Assembly (NCBI GenBank): GCA_031409955.1
Contig: JANNYF010000088.1
Location: 82,927-146,926 of the forward strand
Origin: Blastocatellia bacterium
GTDB lineage: Bacteria; Acidobacteriota; Blastocatellia; RBC074
Reading direction: 5' to 3'
Length of the DNA: 64,000 nucleotides
The notes below the pieces were generated by a model. That model was not told where the DNA came from. It searched no databases and saw only the letters and a list, made by a program, of their open reading frames with translations. Positions 1-8,129 of this stretch are shown here, piece after piece. A program made the position numbers and the translations under genes. Numbering within the stretch: the stretch's first letter is position 1; each line of letters opens with the position of its first letter.

Positions 1-515
1 AGGCGTATGCTGAAGGTGCCAAAGAGGCGGGACACGAGGTGAAAGTTATCGCAGTCGCAAGCCTTGAATTCCCACTGCTGCGCAGCAAAGAAGAGTTTGA
101 GCATGGCGTGCCGCCGGAAGCGATTCAGCAGGCCCAGCAAATCTTCGATTGGGCGCAGCATCTGGTGATTTTTTACCCGCTCTGGCTCGGCGCAATGCCT
201 GCGATCTTGAAAGGATTTCTGGAGCAAGTGTTTCGCCCGAAGTTTCTTTCCGGCAGCGCCGAAATGGGCAAGACCTGGCAAAAGACCTTACGGGGAAAAA
301 CCGCGCGCATCGTGGTGACAATGGGAATGCCTGCGCTCGTCTATCGTTGGTATTTCGGCGCGCATAGCCTGAAGAGCCTGGAGCGCAATATCCTCAGCTT
401 TTGTGGCATTGGCCCGATTCAAGAAAGTCTGATCGGAATGGTTGAAGCGCCGGACAATGCCAAACGAGAGAAATGGCTAGAGAAAATGCGCAGCTTCGGG
501 CGGCAGGGGAAGTGA
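1..515 (+). CDS. NAD(P)H dehydrogenase (quinone)/flavodoxin-like-fold oxidoreductase, 5'-truncated by the window edge
   Basis: The frame is open from nt 3 (AYAEGAKEAGHEVKVIAVASLEF...). The C-terminal region (WLGAMPAILKGFLEQVF..., GKTARIVVTMG) matches the flavodoxin-like NAD(P)H oxidoreductase (KefF/MdaB-type) fold. The stop is at 513-515. Confidence 0.6.
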   Translation, partial: AYAEGAKEAGHEVKVIAVASLEFPLLRSKEEFEHGVPPEAIQQAQQIFDWAQHLVIFYPLWLGAMPAILKGFLEQVFRPKFLSGSAEMGKTWQKTLRGKTARIVVTMGMPALVYRWYFGAHSLKSLERNILSFCGIGPIQESLIGMVEAPDNAKREKWLEKMRSFGRQGK

Positions 516-1848
516 AAAAACCTATCGTGGCAAGCACTGTCGGCAAACAATCCGCGTCAGACGAAGTAGCGGATGACGCGCGCGGATTGCAACCCAAACC
601 AGTTCCCAGTGGCCACTTGCGCCGTTTCTTTGCCGAGCTTGGGCCGGGCCTGATTACTGGCGCGGCGGACGATGATCCCTCCGGCATTTCAACCTATTCG
701 GTCGCGGGCGCGGCCTTTGGGTTCAATCAACTCTGGACAGCAATCTTTTCTTTTCCCTTGATGGCAGCGGTGCAATTGATGTGTGCGCGCTTGGGCATGG
801 TGACGGGCAGAGGTTTGGCGGGTGCGATTCGCCATCGCTATCCGCGTTGGGTTTTGTGGGGAGCTTGCGCGTTGTTAGTTACGGCCAACACCGTCAACAT
901 CGCAGCGGATTTAGGCGGCATGGCGGCGGCGATGGAGATGGTGACGGGTGTGCGTGCATTTGTGTGGCAACCGTTCTTTGCCGCCTTGATTGTGGTGTTG
1001 ATGATCTGGTCAAGCTATCGGCACATCGCGCGGGTTTTCAAATGGCTGACGCTGGTGTTGTTTGCTTACATCGCCGCTGCATTTCTGGCGCATCCGCCGT
1101 GGAGCGCAGTGTTGCGTGCCACGTTGATGCCGCACATGGAATGGAACGCGCAATATGTAGCGACCTTCATTGCCATTCTCGGCACTACGATTTCGCCGTA
1201 TCTATTCTTTTGGCAAGCCGCGCAGGAAGTCGAAGAAGAGCGCTCAAGGGGACGCCTCACCTTGAAGCAACGGCAAGGCGCAACCGACGCCGAGTTACAC
1301 GCCGCGCGCACCGACGTGCTTTCGGGAATGGCCTTCGCAGGCATCGTGATGTACTTCATCATCCTGACGACCGGCGCAACGCTCTACGCGACAGGGCAGC
1401 GTGATATTGAAACGGCACGCCAAGCGGCGGAAGCCTTACGCCCGCTCGCAATTTGCTGTTCACCATCGGCCTGGTCGGCACAGGAATGTTAGGCGTGCCG
1501 GTGTTGGCTGGCTCGGCAGCATACGCCATAGCCGAAGCGATGCACTGGCGCGGCTCACTCAATGATCGTCCTCGCGCGGCATCGAAGTTTTATACAGTGT
1601 TGGCAATCTCCGTCATCGCGGGACTGTCGTTGGATTACTTTGGCTTCAATGCGGTACGGATGCTGTTTTGGGCTGCGGTTGTAAACGGGGTGTTAGCGCC
1701 GCCGTTGATCGTGTTGGTCGTGTTGCTCACGAGCGATAAAAAAGTAATGGGCGCACGCGTCAATCCGCTGCTGCTGAAAGTTTTGGGCTGGCTGACTGCT
1801 GCGTTGATGACCGCCGCAACCGTGGCAATGATTCTATTGTCGCTCTGA
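473..1848 (+). pseudogene. mntH: Nramp/MntH-family divalent metal cation transporter split into two frames by a 1-nt frameshift near 1451
   Basis: The N-terminal part (GPGLITGAADDDPSGISTYSVAGAAFGFNQLW, MPH motif) is in frame 473. The C-terminal part (LFTIGLVGTGMLGVPVLAGSAAY...) continues in frame 1453, with no intervening sequence. The junction, gcaATTTgctg, looks like a lost A in an AAA run. Possible starts are ATG 473, GTG 512 or GTG 527. Confidence 0.55.
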
Positions 1849-1997
1849 CGTCCCTGCGCAAAGTTTCGCAGTCAGTAGCGCAAAAACCCTCAAGACTGAA
1901 CGCTACAGCAAGAATTCCGAGCCAAGCCATCTCAAAACCAGCGGCACAACGGTTGCCTTTGCTAGTGGCAGCAATTGATTTGCAGAAAGAGGTAATT

Positions 1998-2885
1998 ATG
2001 AAAATTCTAGTTGGCTATGACGGTTCGGATTGTTCCGAGCGGATGATCTGGGATTTGAAACACGCGGGGCTACCAAAGCAGGCCGAGGTGATCGTGATGA
2101 CGGTCGCGGAACATTGGCTCGCCACGCCGACCAGCTTTGGCGGTGTAGATGTGCATTTCACCGAATCGGCGGATGAAGGAAAAAACACGCGGGCAATGGC
2201 TGCGCAAGCGCAATCGCTCCTCAGCTATCACTGCCCGGAATGGAACATCAAGACCGCAGCAATGTGGGGGACGCCGGCGTCCAAGCTGGTCGAAAAAGCC
2301 GATGACTGGCAACCGGATTTGTTGGTCGTGGGTTCGCACGGTCGCGGTGTTGTGGGCCGCTTTTTCCTGGGCAGCGTCTCGCAAAAAGTTTTGCACGAAG
2401 CGCATTGTTCTGTCCGCATTGCCCGTGGCAGCGCCGAAGCAGCGGAGACACCGGCCCGGCTTCTGATTGCGATTGACGGCTCAAGAGGAGCGATGGCAGC
2501 CGTGGACGCAGTGGTGGCGCGGCACTGGCCTGCCGAGAGTCAAGCCCGCCTCGTGAATGCGACGTGGTCAATGCCACCCATTACTGCCGGGCGGATGGTC
2601 GCCCCCATCACCGATTGGATCGCCGAGGAAAATGCGCGGATCAAAACCGCGATGGAGGCCGCGACCGCCAAATTGCAGGGCGTCGGACTTATTACCTCTT
2701 CCGTAGTGGAAGAAGAAGAACCGAAAGATTTGATCTGCAAAGAAGCCGAGCGTTGGGGCGCGGATTGCATCTTTATCGGCGCGCGTGGCATGGGGCCGAT
2801 TGAGCGCTTGCTGATCGGCAGCATTTCTTCCGGCATTGCAGCGCGCGCCGCTTGTTCTGTTGAAGTTGTGCGGCCTGCTAAATAG
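1998..2885 (+). CDS. Tandem universal stress protein (two UspA domains)
   Basis: Start is MKILVGYDGS with the SD aagaggt 7 nt upstream. Two Usp modules are present; the first ends VVGSHGRGVVGRFFLGSVSQKVLHEAHCSVRIAR and the second ends IFIGARGMGPIERLLIGSISSGIAARAACSVEVVR. Confidence 0.85.
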   Translation: MKILVGYDGSDCSERMIWDLKHAGLPKQAEVIVMTVAEHWLATPTSFGGVDVHFTESADEGKNTRAMAAQAQSLLSYHCPEWNIKTAAMWGTPASKLVEKADDWQPDLLVVGSHGRGVVGRFFLGSVSQKVLHEAHCSVRIARGSAEAAETPARLLIAIDGSRGAMAAVDAVVARHWPAESQARLVNATWSMPPITAGRMVAPITDWIAEENARIKTAMEAATAKLQGVGLITSSVVEEEEPKDLICKEAERWGADCIFIGARGMGPIERLLIGSISSGIAARAACSVEVVRPAK

Positions 2886-2896
2886 AAAGGAGATTC

Positions 2897-3286
2897 GTGA
2901 TGTCAGAGATGACCGATAAATGTGCGCATCCGTCGTGTCATTGCCCAGCGCGAATGGATACCGAATATTGCAGCGAGTCCTGTGAACTGGCAAAAGATGA
3001 GGATGAACAGAACCTCCATAAAAAGGCCTCCGCTGAGTGGAAAAGCATTTTGCGTGCCGAGCGGAAAAGCCTGTGTTTACTGGCTGCGATGAAGGTATGC
3101 TACGGAAAACTTCACGTTGGTTGCGAGCAATTTCCCAGCTTGCGTTTCGGGTTTTGGGTTTTGGGGATCAGACTCAGTTCATCCAAATTTGCGGCTCCGC
3201 CGCCTGATGTGCGGGAGGTCTGTGACCTCCCGGCAGACTTGCGCTCTCTTCTCTTCGGGGCTACGCCCCTACCTGCTGGGGCATAG
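2897..3286 (+). CDS. Small Cys/His-rich ORF; the N-terminus resembles the bacterial metallothionein (SmtA/BmtA) motif. The true 3' end is uncertain
   Basis: MSEMTDKCAHPSCHCPARMDTEYCSESCELA fits KCAxxxCxC...YCSExC. The ORF has no stop before 3286, yet it runs through a hairpin-rich, protein-unlike region (3100-3350). Confidence 0.3.
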   Translation: MMSEMTDKCAHPSCHCPARMDTEYCSESCELAKDEDEQNLHKKASAEWKSILRAERKSLCLLAAMKVCYGKLHVGCEQFPSLRFGFWVLGIRLSSSKFAAPPPDVREVCDLPADLRSLLFGATPLPAGA

Positions 3287-3381
3287 CCCCAAAAAGAAAA
3301 AGAGCAATCTCCCGGAAAGGCGCAGCCTTTCCGCACATCAGGCGGCAAAGCCGCAGGAAATAAACAAAATTTGGAGCTACT

Positions 3382-3484
3382 GAGACTGCCGAGACTGCCG
3401 ACCACCGACCACCGACTACCGACCACCGATTTCCCGCTGTCGCATCTTCATCGCGCCCCACGCCACCGCGACCACCGACCACGA
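3382..3484. repeat. Tandem short repeats: GAGACTGCC x2 followed by CCACCGA-type heptamers x4, plus a second CCACCGACCAC stretch
   Basis: gagactgccgagactgccgaccaccgaccaccgactaccgaccaccga ... ccaccgcgaccaccgaccacga. Confidence 0.6.
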
Positions 3485-3597
3485 ACTGAGCGGCATCAAA
3501 ATCGCCGTGGCTACGGGCGAAATCGGCTTGCCACTTTATTTTTACTTTAAGTGGCGACAGTAGCGGACTGGAAATCTGGCAAATGGGAGCGATGGCT

Positions 3598-5466
3598 TCA
3601 TCGTGTAAAATTCAGTGGCGGTTTCATTCCTGCACCCAGATAAAAGCTGGTGTGCGGCGGTTGATTATATGCGACGTTTTGCCACGCGATGCTCAGGCGA
3701 TATTGCGGATCGTGCATCAAGGTAGAAAGCCGATATTTCGTCGGGATCGTGGTGGTGTAAATCCGCAGCTCTTTATTATCCGTCGTGCGCCAGATGACTT
3801 CTTCGCGCCAATCACCGAATAAATCCGCGCTCAAAGTTGGCGTCGCTTTCGAGCCGTTGTTTGCGGTGCAGCCTTCAGCGGTCAGGATCGTATCAAGCTT
3901 GCCGTTTTGCCAGTCCCATTTGGCAATCACGTTGCGATCCAGCAATTCGCGCAGCAAATCGCCGTCCCACCAGATCGCAAAATTCATCGAACGCGGAGCT
4001 GCACCAAGGCGCTCGCCTTTGGCATTCTTCAGCCCTTCCGCCCCACCCCACATTTCTGCGCCCGGATGCCGTGGATCAATGTCCGCTGCCACGCCACGCC
4101 CGACGTCTTTGTTGGGATCACTCGTCCACAAAATCGTTCCTGTTTTGGCGTCATACAGCGCGGCGCCGGGGCCTTGCGTGTTCTCTTCGATTTCGTGAAT
4201 GCCATAGACCTCCAGGCCGGGACGCGTCGGGTCAAGGTCGCTGACGTGCAACGCATCGCCGTGCCGCAGTCCGGTGGAATACAAACCCTTGCCGTTATCA
4301 TCCACGCACATCGAACCGTAAATGATTTCATCTTTGCCATCGCCATCCACATCGGCGACCGAAAGATTGTGATTGCCCTGTCCCGAAAACGCTGCCAGGC
4401 CCGGCTGCGAGGAATCAAAGACCCAGCGCGAAGTCAGCTTGCCGTTGCGCCAATCCCACGCCGCCAACACCGTTCTGCCGTAATAACCGCGACACATTAC
4501 GACGCTTGGTCGGCGACCATCAAGATAGGCAACGCCAGCCAGAAAGCGGTCGGCGCGGTTGCCATTGTTATCGTTGCCGCCGTTGCCCCCGATGCCGCCC
4601 CATCCGCTTAAATCGCCGCGTGACGGAATGTAATCCACCGTCGCCAACGCCGCGCCTGTCCGTCCGTCAAAGATCGTGAAGTATTCCGGCCCGGTCAGAA
4701 CTTTTCCGAGCGTCGCTGCCTCTTTGCTCACCCAATCGGCTTTGGCATCGCCAATGATTTTGCCTTTGCCGTCCGTTGTGCCGTCCGCCGTTTTGCACGC
4801 GAGTTCCGCACGTCCATCGCCGTCCAGGTCATACACCATGAACTGGGTGTAGTGCGCGCCTTCACGAATATTTTTGCCGAGGTTGATGGTCCAGAGCAAT
4901 GTGCCATCGAGCTTGTACGCCTGAAAAATGGGGGGATCGGTCAATCCATTTTGCGAATTATCGCGCCCTCGCCCCGTTTGATGCAGCACGATTTCATATT
5001 CGCCGTCGCCATCCAAATCGCCCACTGACGCATCGTTGGGCGTGTATCCCGGCGGCGTTTGCAGCGGAAGCGAAAGGTATGGCTGCGCGTTGGCTGAGAG
5101 TGAAAAAGATTGGCTGGCTGCCTGTTCGCGGTTTTTCAGTAGCGGGCGTACGAAATACGCATTCGCGCTTGTCAGGTCAGCTTTGGCATCAATGAAACTC
5201 GTCACATCCGTGATCGGCTTGTCATTGAGCTTTGTCGCTTTGCCACCATTGGTCGTGCGATACAAATTGAAAGCGATGTCGGCGGAATCTGTACCGAGCA
5301 AGCGCCAACCGACATAGACTTTGCCTGCACCTTGATTGATCGCCACGACACCGCGCCCAAGCCGCTCCATTTGCCGTTGCGCAAACGCTACATTGCACAA
5401 AAAACAGCAGGTGATGAGTAATCCCAATCCGTGTTCCAAGAGGTTTTTGTGAGTTGATCGAACCAT
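3598..5466 (-). CDS. Rhamnogalacturonan lyase, polysaccharide lyase family 11 (YesW/YesX-like), secreted
   Basis: N-terminal signal peptide. Repeated Ca-binding beta-propeller motifs (VGDLDGDGEYEIV, VYDLDGDGRAELA, VADVDGDGKDEII) typical of PL11. Length 622 aa. Confidence 0.8.
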   Translation of the reverse strand: MVRSTHKNLLEHGLGLLITCCFLCNVAFAQRQMERLGRGVVAINQGAGKVYVGWRLLGTDSADIAFNLYRTTNGGKATKLNDKPITDVTSFIDAKADLTSANAYFVRPLLKNREQAASQSFSLSANAQPYLSLPLQTPPGYTPNDASVGDLDGDGEYEIVLHQTGRGRDNSQNGLTDPPIFQAYKLDGTLLWTINLGKNIREGAHYTQFMVYDLDGDGRAELACKTADGTTDGKGKIIGDAKADWVSKEAATLGKVLTGPEYFTIFDGRTGAALATVDYIPSRGDLSGWGGIGGNGGNDNNGNRADRFLAGVAYLDGRRPSVVMCRGYYGRTVLAAWDWRNGKLTSRWVFDSSQPGLAAFSGQGNHNLSVADVDGDGKDEIIYGSMCVDDNGKGLYSTGLRHGDALHVSDLDPTRPGLEVYGIHEIEENTQGPGAALYDAKTGTILWTSDPNKDVGRGVAADIDPRHPGAEMWGGAEGLKNAKGERLGAAPRSMNFAIWWDGDLLRELLDRNVIAKWDWQNGKLDTILTAEGCTANNGSKATPTLSADLFGDWREEVIWRTTDNKELRIYTTTIPTKYRLSTLMHDPQYRLSIAWQNVAYNQPPHTSFYLGAGMKPPLNFTR

Positions 5467-5484
5467 AAAAATTCCTGCCTGTGA

Positions 5485-6324
5485 TTATTTGGCAACGCGC
5501 AATGGCGCGGCTTTGATGGATTCTGCCTGCGGAGAAAAGAACGCGCTGAGCCGATTAGGTTGCAATGCCTTCAAGCCCGCGATGACGGCTGCCGCGTTGA
5601 GTTCCGCGCCTTCCCGACTGGTATGCGTATGTTCGTCGGCGAACAGGGCCTCGACTTTTTCTGCTCCCAGCGCTTCGTATTGCTGCGCGATGATTTCGTT
5701 CAGGTCAAGGAACGCGACTTTCGTTTCTTTCGCTATCGCCGCCGCCCACGTACCGTATTGATCGCGGGCGATTTTTCCTTCTTTCCAAATCTTGCGCGGC
5801 ACGGGCGAGCAAATGACAGGCGTCGCGCCTTTGGCTTTGGTGTCGGCCACGTACTTGCGCAAGTACCAGCCGTAGCTGTGAACGACTTCATGTTTTTTGG
5901 TGATGAGGTTGTCAATCTCTTCGCTTTCTTCGCCGATGCCCTTGATCGTGCCACGCGCACGCGACGTGTCATTGAGTGCGCCACCGTCGTTATGCCCGAA
6001 TTGAATCAAGACGAAATCGCCCGGTTTCATTGCCGCCAACACTTGTTCCCATAAGCCTTCGGTTTGATAAGTACGACTGCTGCGTCCGCCGCGCGCGCGA
6101 TTGAGTACCGTGATTTTCGCCGCATCGAAAAACGTCACGAGTGGTTCGCCCCAGCCCCATTGCTTATTCGCGCCATCGCCGCTCCCGTTTTTGACCGTTG
6201 AATCGCCCACCAGAAATATGGTTGGCAATGTCGCTGCGGGTTTTTGATTCGGTTGCGCGGTGAGGCCGCTGTAACTGAGAAGACAAAGGAAAAGCCAATA
6301 GATATTTCGTTGCTGAAATCGCAT
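5485..6324 (-). CDS. Rhamnogalacturonan acetylesterase (SGNH hydrolase, CE12)
   Basis: Signal peptide. CE12/SGNH blocks GDSTV, GWG and GHND. It lies adjacent to and co-oriented with the PL11 lyase. Confidence 0.8.
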   Translation of the reverse strand: MRFQQRNIYWLFLCLLSYSGLTAQPNQKPAATLPTIFLVGDSTVKNGSGDGANKQWGWGEPLVTFFDAAKITVLNRARGGRSSRTYQTEGLWEQVLAAMKPGDFVLIQFGHNDGGALNDTSRARGTIKGIGEESEEIDNLITKKHEVVHSYGWYLRKYVADTKAKGATPVICSPVPRKIWKEGKIARDQYGTWAAAIAKETKVAFLDLNEIIAQQYEALGAEKVEALFADEHTHTSREGAELNAAAVIAGLKALQPNRLSAFFSPQAESIKAAPLRVAK

Positions 6325-6417
6325 AGTTGTATTTGTCTCGTGGTGAATTTAGACTGCCGATTGTAAGGCATTACTGTAATTATTCAGCGTCTTTGCCGCA
6401 TTAGCGGCAGTTTGAAT

Positions 6418-6549
6418 TTAGCCGTGGATTTCAATCCACGGAAGTGGTTCGATGTTTCCGGCGTCGCGTTAGCGACGATTGAATTCAGGTGTCGCTGATG
6501 CGACACGGGAGCCTTATTTTGCGCACCGTGGATTGAAATCCACGGCTAA
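6418..6549. promoter_or_regulatory. Paired 20-bp palindrome CCGTGGATTTCAATCCACGG (two copies 84 nt apart) in the divergent promoter between the CE12/PL11 operon and gene 6600
   Basis: TTAGCCGTGGATTTCAATCCACGG at 6418-6441 and its exact reverse complement at 6526-6549. Extra small palindromes (CGTCGCGTTAGCGACG, GTGTCGCTGATGCGACAC) lie between them. Confidence 0.55.
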
Positions 6550-6599
6550 AGTCAGCCGCCGCGACGCGGCAAAGAGGCTGACCAGTTACTCAAACCTAC

Positions 6600-7577
6600 A
6601 TGAATACACACCGCATAAAACTCTGGTTGTTGTTGGTTGTCGTGATAGTCATCGGGAGCGCGACTGCTGCTATTCGTGGCGCAAATCAACTTCAACCCAA
6701 AGCCAAAGCACTCGCATTTTTGCAACGCGAAGTTCCCGTCTGGAAACAGCAAAACGGTTGCTTTTCGTGTCACAACAACGGCGATGCGGCGCGCGCTTTG
6801 TATGCCGCGATTCGCAAAGGCCATCGCGTGCCTGCCGAAGTTTTAGCCGAGACCAATGCGTGGGTCAGCGACCCAAACCGTTGGGAGCAAAACAAAGGTG
6901 ATCCAGGGTTTAGCGACCAGAAGTTGGCGAACTTACAATTCGCCGCCGCGCTGGTGGCGGCCATTGAGGCTGGGCAAATCAAAGATCAGGAACCGCTGCG
7001 CCAGGCCGCGCGAAAACTGATGAACGATCAAAGCGCGGATGGTTCGTGGCACATTGATGCGGCGGGTACAGTTGGCTCGCCTGCGACCTGGGGGACGCCG
7101 TTGGCGACGTGGATGGCGCGGCAAACGTTACGGCAATCCGATCTGCCCGAAGCCAAAGACGCTGTGCAAAAAGCCGAGCGCTGGTTGCTGCAAGCAAAGC
7201 CCAACAATGTATTGATCGCTGCCACATTGGTATTGGCTTTCGCGCGTGACTCCGGCGTCGCAGCGCGTCGCCAACACACGGAAAGTTTGTCATTGCTCCG
7301 TCGCGCACAAACACAAGATGGAGGGTGGGGGCCGTATGCGGATGCGCCACCCGAATGCTTTGATACGGCGCTGGTGCTGCTCGCTTTGGAAACTGTCCGC
7401 GCACAAACAGGAATTGCTGCAATGATTCAGCGCGGTCGCGTCTTCCTGATCGCGCAGCAAAACACCGATGGAAGCTGGCCTGCGACTACGCGGCCTTCGG
7501 GCGGCGACAGCTATGCACAAATGATGTCCACGACGGGCTGGGCGACGCTGGCGTTGTTGGAAACGGAAGGACGGTAG
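6600..7577 (+). CDS. Membrane-anchored protein with a CxxCH heme-c motif and prenyltransferase/squalene-cyclase-like (alpha/alpha toroid) repeats
   Basis: N-terminal hydrophobic anchor. CFSCH appears once. Repeats are QSADGSWH, QTQDGGWGPY and QNTDGSWP. Confidence 0.6.
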   Translation: MNTHRIKLWLLLVVVIVIGSATAAIRGANQLQPKAKALAFLQREVPVWKQQNGCFSCHNNGDAARALYAAIRKGHRVPAEVLAETNAWVSDPNRWEQNKGDPGFSDQKLANLQFAAALVAAIEAGQIKDQEPLRQAARKLMNDQSADGSWHIDAAGTVGSPATWGTPLATWMARQTLRQSDLPEAKDAVQKAERWLLQAKPNNVLIAATLVLAFARDSGVAARRQHTESLSLLRRAQTQDGGWGPYADAPPECFDTALVLLALETVRAQTGIAAMIQRGRVFLIAQQNTDGSWPATTRPSGGDSYAQMMSTTGWATLALLETEGR

Positions 7578-7622
7578 AGTCGGGGAGTCGGAGAGTCTCT
7601 GACTCCCTGGACTCCCCAGACT
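7576..7622. terminator. Imperfect hairpin built from GAGTC/GACTC repeat units between convergent genes
   Basis: agagtcggggagtcggagagtc-tct-gactccctggactccccagact. Confidence 0.5.
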
Positions 7623-7629
7623 TCTTCCC

Positions 7630-8013
7630 TTACTTGACGCGCTTGGCGACAAATTCCTGCGGGGTTCCGCCGCCTTGACCGCCTTCCATCGTGCGGGTGA
7701 ATTTGATTTCATCGCCTGCCAACACGCCTTTGTAGACGAGCTTGATGCTGTTGCCATTGAATTCACGCACGACATTGAAGGAAATAGCGCTTCCCTTGAT
7801 CGTGCCATCCGAAATCGCAACATCGCCCTGACGACCTGTCATCGTGCCCGTCAATTTTTCGCCTTCACCTTTGAGGGTGAAGGTGGTTTCCTGCGTGTTG
7901 CCTTGCCGTCCGGGGATTTGCGCCGTCCATTTGCCATCCACGTCTGCAGCCCAGGCCACCGTGAGGAACGCGAGCAAAAGGGATAGCGATAAAAGTAACT
8001 GTTTTGTCTTCAT
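7630..8013 (-). CDS. Small secreted hypothetical protein (lipocalin-like beta-rich pattern)
   Basis: Signal peptide MKTKQLLLSLSLLLAFLTVAWA. The mature part is DGKWTAQIPG...TFTLKGEGEKLTGTM.... Confidence 0.55.
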   Translation of the reverse strand: MKTKQLLLSLSLLLAFLTVAWAADVDGKWTAQIPGRQGNTQETTFTLKGEGEKLTGTMTGRQGDVAISDGTIKGSAISFNVVREFNGNSIKLVYKGVLAGDEIKFTRTMEGGQGGGTPQEFVAKRVK

Positions 8014-8129
8014 GGAATTTTTCTCCTTGATTGAAATTCTCCTGATGGAGAAGGGTTACGAGCAGCAATCTGAAAGGGGTTGTGTCAACTGCTCAACGTA
8101 CGAAAATACTCAGCAACGAAAAATTGTTC

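Noticed and set aside
781-1404. 207-aa ORF in an alternative frame inside the Nramp gene
   Set aside because: Arg/Gly/His-rich low-complexity translation typical of an off-frame read in GC-rich DNA. The Nramp frame carries the real motifs.
3382-3484. The tandem repeats could be a CRISPR array
   Set aside because: Units are 7-9 nt with no spacers. There are no 25-40-nt repeats and no cas genes nearby.
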